A DNA stretch of 64,000 nt, taken from assembly GCA_964291315.2 (NCBI GenBank), contig OZ219750.1, positions 128,001 to 192,000 on the forward strand, read 5' to 3'. This document shows positions 57,921 to 64,000 of the stretch, piece after piece. Each line of letters opens with the position of its first letter. The stretch's first letter is position 1. The notes below the pieces were generated by a model. It worked only from the letters and a program-made list of their open reading frames with translations, did no database searches and had not been told where the DNA came from. A program made the position numbers and the translations under genes. The DNA is from Candidatus Poribacteria bacterium (GTDB lineage Bacteria; Poribacteria; WGA-4E; WGA-3G).

Positions 57921-60794
57921 GTGCTGAACAAAGAAGACCTCATAACATCTGCGTTCGTAAATATACTCCGTCCTATGCGGGCTGCATGGATACTGAAACA
58001 ACGTCCGTCGAAACCCTTTATTGAGAATAATAGGGAGCCCGATGTCATCATCTCCGAGGCAAAGCGGGATCCTGTTGCTATTGAGGACAAGGTTGACAAC
58101 GAGCGTGGGCCAGATCTCAGTGGTGAAGGACAACTCAAAGATTACTATCTGGGTAAGACACTTAAGACAAGTGGGCAGAAGATTCAGATGGGTATCGCTG
58201 TTCGATTTCCGTATAAGTTCAGGGAGATAGAGGAGGCAAATCTTGATGCGGAAATGGAAAGGGAAGATAACATCGCTTATTGTCTTCTCAGTACGGATGA
58301 GCCGTATAGATTTCCTGCGAAGGGATGGCTAACGGGTAGTGTGGCGGACCTTGCGACTGCTATCCGCGTCAGAACAATACCGATCGCCAAAATTAATGAA
58401 GCAGCGGTAATTTTGGAGCAAGGTGCGGATAATGCAGGCGAGCTGGTTGATGCAGCTATAGCTGAACGGCCTGAGATCGGTAATCAAATAGAAAAACTCC
58501 TCTACCAGGAGTCCTGTCCACAGACAACGCGAATGGCAATGCTTATCATCGGAAATGCTTTTATCTTTCAGAGTTCTCTTGCGGGTAAACCTGAACTAGA
58601 GGCGGTACCTTCGCTGAGTGGACTTCGAGGTCATGATGGTTTGCTTGATTCTGATCTTGTTTTTGACGCATGGGATACTATTCGGGCGGTAAACTATCGC
58701 TCTATTTATGATGTAGCGATTGGTTTGGTCAATGCCATCGCGCTTGATGACCAACTCGTCGGAAAGGTGCTTTATACGCTCCGCAACACAGCGCTGAACT
58801 TAGAGCGTATGGGACTAGCGAGAGAGCATGAACTTGCGGGGATCGTCTTTCAGAAGCTGATTACGGACCGGCGGTTTATTAAGGCGCACTATACGCGTCC
58901 TGAAGCGTCAGCTCTGCTGTCTGCCCTCATATTACCTGAGTTAAAAGGCAATGCTCAGCAAATTAAGGTGGCAGATTTCGCTTGTGGCACTGGCACACTT
59001 CTCAACGATATTTATCAGCGTATTCTCGGTTTTCATGAGAAGTCGGGTGGAAAAGGGGAAGATATTCATCGGTATATGCTAAAAAACAGTATCGTCGGTT
59101 GCGATATCCTGCCTAATGCTGTTCATCTTACGGCATCTATTATCGCTAGTACCTATCCGGAGATCAAAATTGGTGACACGCGAATCCATGCGATGGAATA
59201 TGGCATACAACGTCCCGACGGACAACGCGCGATTGGTGCTCTAAATTTGTTGTGCAACCCAGAGGAAACTCTACCGATACCGATGACAATCAGCCGCAGG
59301 GTTGGGGGGCGAGGAGATGAGGCAACAGATGCTGGGCAAGAATTTAGGCACAAAGAATTCGATGTTGTGATACAGAATCCGCCTTATACTAAGGGGAATA
59401 CAGACAAAAATTCTGGAGTTCCGAAAACAACTTTTGGAGATAAGGGCCCCGTAGTCGAAAAAGCGATGAAAAAGTCTCTTAAGGCACAGAAGGAGAAAAG
59501 CAGCGTCGCCGATGGGAACGCTGGTATCGCTTCATACTTTGTTGAGCTTGCAGATAAAATGCTGAAGCCCAACGGCAGAATGGGTATAGTTCTACCTATA
59601 AATGCCATTGCAGGCACAAGTTGGCGAAAGGTTCGAAGACTTTGGGCGAAGGAATACAGTGATGTTGTTGTCGTCACGATTGCAGATGCTCAAATTGAAA
59701 ACAGTACTTTTTCTGCAAGCACAGGCATAGCGGAATGTCTTGTTATTGCAACCAAGGGGAAATCTGAAACCACGGGCCGAGGCACTTTTGTCTGTCTACA
59801 TCGCTGCCCTGCCAGTGTACTGGAGGCGCTCGAAATAGCCAATCAGATCTATAGGACATCGGACGGTCTTCGTCAACTTGAAAGCGGCATCACAGGTGGT
59901 GATCCTATCAAGATCGGGGCAGAGTCCGTGGGCTATGTAATGGATGCCCCGCTTCCTAACTTTGATGAAGGCTGGGCGGTGTGCCGTGTCAAAGATATGG
60001 GGTTGCTTCAATCAGCATATCAACTCGCTAACGGACAGCTGAGACTCCCTCGACAGATAGAACCGCTTCGAATACCAATCTGTCGGTTATCCGATATTGC
60101 TAAGACGAGCCCCGGTCCTCTAGACATATACGGGGATCGTGGACGTGGCGGTTTTGATATTGAAGAGGGGTGTCCGGACACTGCCGATTATCCGTGTTTG
60201 TGGCATGTTGATTCTCGGGCACAGCGGACGATGCTTGTTTCCCCCGATTCACACGCGTTGCCTAGGCCAAACAAAGACTCCAAAATTAGGGACATATTGG
60301 CGGTTAATAGCCGGTTACACTACAGCGAGAGCATGCAGTTTAACGCAGGTTCTGTGGCGGTGATGTTTACTGAACAGAAGTCTATCGGTGTAAATACGCT
60401 GCCAAACGTTGCTTTTGCTGACGAAATCTATGAGTATGCTTGGGTGTTGTGGGGCAATTCGGTGCTTGGTTTCCTCTGCCATTGGATGCAAAGTGGTAAA
60501 CAGCAGCAAGGGAGAGGCATACTCCGAAAAACGACCTTACATTCACTACCGACATTGGATGTCACTCAATTAGCTCCTTCTCAGCTGAAGGCTGCTGAAC
60601 AGATTTTCCACGTGTTAAAACACCAACAGATGCGTCCGTTCAGCGAAATGGTAGATGATCCAGTGCGGAAACAGCTTGATCGATTACTGTTATCAAAGGT
60701 GCTGGGGTTGAAAGAAGACACACATCAGGAAGTTCATGAAGGGCTTGACCTGCTCCGCAAGAAGCTCTGTGCTGAGCCAAGCATCCAGGGCTGA
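57921..60794 (+). CDS. Type IIG-like fused nuclease / N6-adenine methyltransferase
   Basis: N-terminal 'PDVII..VAIEDK' (PD-(D/E)XK); 'HYTRP', 'DFACGTG', 'QNPPY'. Confidence 0.8.
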   Translation: MLNKEDLITSAFVNILRPMRAAWILKQRPSKPFIENNREPDVIISEAKRDPVAIEDKVDNERGPDLSGEGQLKDYYLGKTLKTSGQKIQMGIAVRFPYKFREIEEANLDAEMEREDNIAYCLLSTDEPYRFPAKGWLTGSVADLATAIRVRTIPIAKINEAAVILEQGADNAGELVDAAIAERPEIGNQIEKLLYQESCPQTTRMAMLIIGNAFIFQSSLAGKPELEAVPSLSGLRGHDGLLDSDLVFDAWDTIRAVNYRSIYDVAIGLVNAIALDDQLVGKVLYTLRNTALNLERMGLAREHELAGIVFQKLITDRRFIKAHYTRPEASALLSALILPELKGNAQQIKVADFACGTGTLLNDIYQRILGFHEKSGGKGEDIHRYMLKNSIVGCDILPNAVHLTASIIASTYPEIKIGDTRIHAMEYGIQRPDGQRAIGALNLLCNPEETLPIPMTISRRVGGRGDEATDAGQEFRHKEFDVVIQNPPYTKGNTDKNSGVPKTTFGDKGPVVEKAMKKSLKAQKEKSSVADGNAGIASYFVELADKMLKPNGRMGIVLPINAIAGTSWRKVRRLWAKEYSDVVVVTIADAQIENSTFSASTGIAECLVIATKGKSETTGRGTFVCLHRCPASVLEALEIANQIYRTSDGLRQLESGITGGDPIKIGAESVGYVMDAPLPNFDEGWAVCRVKDMGLLQSAYQLANGQLRLPRQIEPLRIPICRLSDIAKTSPGPLDIYGDRGRGGFDIEEGCPDTADYPCLWHVDSRAQRTMLVSPDSHALPRPNKDSKIRDILAVNSRLHYSESMQFNAGSVAVMFTEQKSIGVNTLPNVAFADEIYEYAWVLWGNSVLGFLCHWMQSGKQQQGRGILRKTTLHSLPTLDVTQLAPSQLKAAEQIFHVLKHQQMRPFSEMVDDPVRKQLDRLLLSKVLGLKEDTHQEVHEGLDLLRKKLCAEPSIQG

Positions 60795-60878
60795 AAAGTG
60801 GAGCAGTGTGATTTGGTGGTGGGAATGCGGGGACTTATCTATAAGAATTCAAAAGAAAGACAGGTTTAGGAAACGAGA

Positions 60879-61436
60879 GTGAAAGAATTATTATTGGACG
60901 ATGCAAATCGGTTGTGCGCGTCTTTATCTGAATATGAAGCGACCCAGTGTAAGATAAACCTTGCGGAGTATAAGACCTTCGCTCTTAGTGAATCAGAATT
61001 TAACGACCTTGTTTTCATGGAAACAAATGACAAGGTTTGGGTCGGCAATCAGAAGTTAGTAGATATTTTAACGCCTAAAGGGCGGTCACGTACTCTTAAA
61101 GAGGTGGTGGGCAGGATTATGAAATCGTATCCGTATGAGAGCCCTATCAAAATCTTTAAGCATCTGTTTGACGATGAGCCGTGGTTTGATGGATGTTTTA
61201 TAATGAGGGCAAGATTTGATCTACGCCTATTCGGTGAATTGTTGGTTAGACCGCTGGCTGACTATGAGAAAGTAGTGCATCCTCCAGAAATCAAATTTTA
61301 TCTTGAAGATGGAAATCATAGGGCCCTGGTCTATGCCGTTTTTCTGAGATTGGGAGCAAAAGCGTATGAGCCTGTCCGAGTGATTTTCAGCCAAGACTGG
61401 AGCCACATCTATCCGTGGGCACAGTTGACTTCATGA
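60879..61436 (+). CDS. Hypothetical protein with ParB/Srx-like DGxHR motif
   Basis: 'FYLEDGNHRALVY'. Confidence 0.55.
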   Translation: MKELLLDDANRLCASLSEYEATQCKINLAEYKTFALSESEFNDLVFMETNDKVWVGNQKLVDILTPKGRSRTLKEVVGRIMKSYPYESPIKIFKHLFDDEPWFDGCFIMRARFDLRLFGELLVRPLADYEKVVHPPEIKFYLEDGNHRALVYAVFLRLGAKAYEPVRVIFSQDWSHIYPWAQLTS

Positions 61437-61442
61437 TGCTGC

Positions 61443-62153
61443 TTAGTCTAGTGTCTCCCCTACTTTTAATGTGACAATTTCCACATCCTGAGAGCCGGTT
61501 AATTTACGGAGTTCTTCAGGGGTACCCGTTAGCATGGGGAATGTTCCGTAATGGATAGGTAAAATCGCTGGCACGTCAAGCAGTTGCGCTGCGTAAGCGG
61601 CTTCACGCGGGCCCATGGTGAAATGGTCGCCAATAGGAAGCAGGGCCAGATCGGGTTGGTAGATCTCACCGATAAGCCGCATATCCGCGAACACGTTGGT
61701 GTCCCCGGCGTGGTAAATTTTGTAACCGTTTCCGAATTCAATAACGTAGCCTGCGGGTTCCCCGAGATAGACCGTTGTCCCGTCTTCTTCCGTGAAGCTG
61801 CTGCTGTGGTTCGCTGATACCATGGTTGCCTTTATGTTGCCGACTGTGACGGTGCCGCCCTTGTTCATTCCAATAGTGTTTTCGACTCCTTGTTTGCCAA
61901 GCCATTCTGCGATTTCGACGATAGAGACGACTTTGGGCGTATATATTTTGGCAAGTGGTACAGCGTCGCTAATATGATCGGCGTGTCCGTGCGTAATAAG
62001 GATAACGTCGAGGCTGTTGAAGGTTTTGAGTTCATCAGGGCAGACAGGGTTTTGAGTTACCCACGGGTCTATGAGGAGCGTTTGTCTGTCTGCTTCGATT
62101 TTAAAGGTGGAATGTCCAAGCCATGTTAGGCGAATGCCGTTGTTGAGTTTCAT
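61443..62153 (-). CDS. UPF0173 metallo-beta-lactamase-fold hydrolase
   Basis: 'WLGHS', 'THGHADH', 'YHAGDT', 'PIHYGTF'. Confidence 0.92.
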   Translation of the reverse strand: MKLNNGIRLTWLGHSTFKIEADRQTLLIDPWVTQNPVCPDELKTFNSLDVILITHGHADHISDAVPLAKIYTPKVVSIVEIAEWLGKQGVENTIGMNKGGTVTVGNIKATMVSANHSSSFTEEDGTTVYLGEPAGYVIEFGNGYKIYHAGDTNVFADMRLIGEIYQPDLALLPIGDHFTMGPREAAYAAQLLDVPAILPIHYGTFPMLTGTPEELRKLTGSQDVEIVTLKVGETLD

Positions 62154-63271
62154 CGTTTGTTTTCCAAGATTTCCTTTAATCTATAGGCGATAATTTCTAC
62201 TTCTGCGGGCATTAGGGTTTGAGCGTTGATAAATATGCTGTTTGTGCCTGTGCTTGCAATGTCGATAGCAGGTTCGCCAGTTCGCAGCTGCTGGAGTATT
62301 TCGTTTCGTGTGATACCGAGTTGTTGTGGATCGAAGCGGATTTGAGTGCGGGGCATTGGTTGTCCGGCTTCAGATGGGAAGTTGCGCTGTACTGTGACAC
62401 CGTGGAGGTCCTTGAATACCTCGGTATAGTAAGTAACGTGATCTTCGTAAGCTTGTTGCAATTGTTCGTGATCTTGATTTAAGTACCATTCCACTGCGGA
62501 GAATAGTCCTACCAATTCTTCTTTGCCGACCTTCATCCCCCTGCCAATGAACGGGTGTGGTGGTCCATTGAAGGCGATAGCCTCAATCAGTGATTTTCTT
62601 CCGAGGATTAACCCGCTGCTTTGCGGACCTCGTAATCCTTTTCCGCCGCTAAAGAGTGCCAAGTCTGCGCCCATTTGTGTGAAACGCCATAAATTTTCTG
62701 GTGGTGGCAGCTGTGCGGCGGCATCAACGATAAGCCGGACATCGTGTTTTTTGGCAATAGCGATGGCTTGCTCATAAGGTATCCAGAGGTGTTCTCTACT
62801 TGGATTAGCGAAGTAGAAGATTGCGGCTGTTTTCTCGGTGATAGCGTTTTCGAGTTCGTCGGGTGTTGTCCCGTTTTCATCACCAATCTCTACGAATCTG
62901 ACACCGACCTGTCGCACTGCAAAATCGTATCCGACGCGCCCATGGCGATGTACGATGACCTCACTTTTCATTGAGTCGTCGAGGTGTGGTAATTTTTCGC
63001 GCTTCGTAGCATCGAGTCCAGTGATGCAAGCAGCGGTAGTGAGTGTCAAGGCGGCAGCGGCTCCACAAGAAACATATGCTGCCTCGTTGTGGGTAAGTTT
63101 GGCGATTTCTTCACCGACCCGTTTTTGGAGTTCGAGGATGTCTACGAAGTGTTTGGAGGCATCAGCCATCGCTGCGACGACCTCGGGGGGCATAATAGAG
63201 CCACCGAGCCGAGTGAGCGTTGCGTTTCCGTTAATAACTGTGCGGACGCCGAGGCGTTTGTAGATGTTCAT
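62150..63271 (-). CDS. SelA-like / DgaE-family PLP-dependent enzyme
   Basis: 'VINGNATLTRLGGS', 'VDAAA', 'FSGGKGLRGPQSSG', 'RGMKVGKEE'. Confidence 0.85.
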   Translation of the reverse strand: MNIYKRLGVRTVINGNATLTRLGGSIMPPEVVAAMADASKHFVDILELQKRVGEEIAKLTHNEAAYVSCGAAAALTLTTAACITGLDATKREKLPHLDDSMKSEVIVHRHGRVGYDFAVRQVGVRFVEIGDENGTTPDELENAITEKTAAIFYFANPSREHLWIPYEQAIAIAKKHDVRLIVDAAAQLPPPENLWRFTQMGADLALFSGGKGLRGPQSSGLILGRKSLIEAIAFNGPPHPFIGRGMKVGKEELVGLFSAVEWYLNQDHEQLQQAYEDHVTYYTEVFKDLHGVTVQRNFPSEAGQPMPRTQIRFDPQQLGITRNEILQQLRTGEPAIDIASTGTNSIFINAQTLMPAEVEIIAYRLKEILENKR

Positions 63272-63381
63272 GATTATGGCAGTCAACTTTCGGTCGATTG
63301 CGTGGTTTTAACAAACGTTTTGTCTAGCGCGAGGGTTGATGACTGCGGGCGGAGTCCGCCCTCTTGATGTCCAATTGCTAT

Positions 63382-63999
63382 TTATCCGACCTCTTGGCCG
63401 TCTAATTTACCGACAGAGAGATCAATTTCGTCGCGATTTTCGATTTTGTCTACCTTACCGTCCGCCATGTGGAAGATGCGATCGGAAACATCCAACATTT
63501 TGTGGTCGTGTGTTGCTGTAATGATGGTTACCCCGTTTTCAGCGTTGAGTCGGCGGAGCAGTGCTATGATTTCTAAGCCCGTTTTGGTATCGAGGTTCCC
63601 TGTTGGTTCATCGGCGAGGACGATGGCTGGGTCGTTCGCTAGGGAACGAGCGATCGCGACGCGCTGTTGTTGTCCGCCGGAGAGTTCTAAGGGTTTGTGT
63701 TGCACACGATCACCGAGGCCAACGAGTGAAAGTAGGTCAACCCCTTTTTCTCTGCTGTCGTCGGCACTGGTACCGGCAAAGATCATCGGCAGTGAAACAT
63801 TTTCGAGTGCTGTCATGACGGGAATAAGGTTGAACGCCTGAAAGATATAACCGATTTTTCGGCAGCGGAGCCAGGCGAGTTCGTATGCATCGAGTTGTGC
63901 GATGTCTACTTCATCAATGTAGACTCTACCTTCGGTGGGTTTATCGAGTCCCCCGATCATATTAAAGAGGGTTGATTTCCCGGAACCAGATGGTCCCAT
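63382..63999 (-). CDS. LolD/MacB-type ABC ATPase (5' end lies outside the window)
   Basis: GPSGSGKST, LSGGQQQR, LADEPTGNLD. Confidence 0.92.
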   Translation of the reverse strand: MGPSGSGKSTLFNMIGGLDKPTEGRVYIDEVDIAQLDAYELAWLRCRKIGYIFQAFNLIPVMTALENVSLPMIFAGTSADDSREKGVDLLSLVGLGDRVQHKPLELSGGQQQRVAIARSLANDPAIVLADEPTGNLDTKTGLEIIALLRRLNAENGVTIITATHDHKMLDVSDRIFHMADGKVDKIENRDEIDLSVGKLDGQEVG

Positions 64000-64000
64000 G

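Noticed and set aside
62150-63271. True selA (selenocysteine synthase)
   Set aside because: Short, lacks the SelA N-terminal domain, and no selB or selC nearby; SelA-like/DgaE family instead

Overview
Chromosomal window from a diderm bacterium. The secreted proteins carry cohesin, dockerin, LDL-receptor YWTD and LamG domains with 'NYPNPFNPETWIPYQL' FlgD-Ig tails or 'KLxxTWxxIK' tails, which points to Candidatus Poribacteria, a mostly sponge-associated lineage (inference). Contents, left to right: (1) modular secreted proteins flanking an exact tandem duplication of an Rpn/YhgA-like nuclease and a Uma2 nuclease (0.6-7.7 kb); (2) thiO-thiS-thiG and orphan transporter parts (9-16.5 kb); (3) a ~20 kb minus-strand iron/heme acquisition island with five Fur-like boxes and an unannotated ~168-nt structured RNA inside it (16.6-36.5 kb); (4) a Type IIG restriction-modification gene split at a G8 tract and a frameshifted FGE-sulfatase gene; (5) NUDIX, alpha-carbonic anhydrase, triple-DUF5069 and cupin genes; (6) an adjacent pair, cohesin-2xSpondin_N and Reeler(CxxCH)-dockerin, that could assemble into an F-spondin-like complex (45.5-49.8 kb); (7) oxidoreductases, ABC systems, a second Type IIG-like gene with a ParB-like neighbour, and housekeeping genes. 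No rRNA, tRNA or CRISPR array was seen. All domain calls come from motif recognition by eye, not from database searches.
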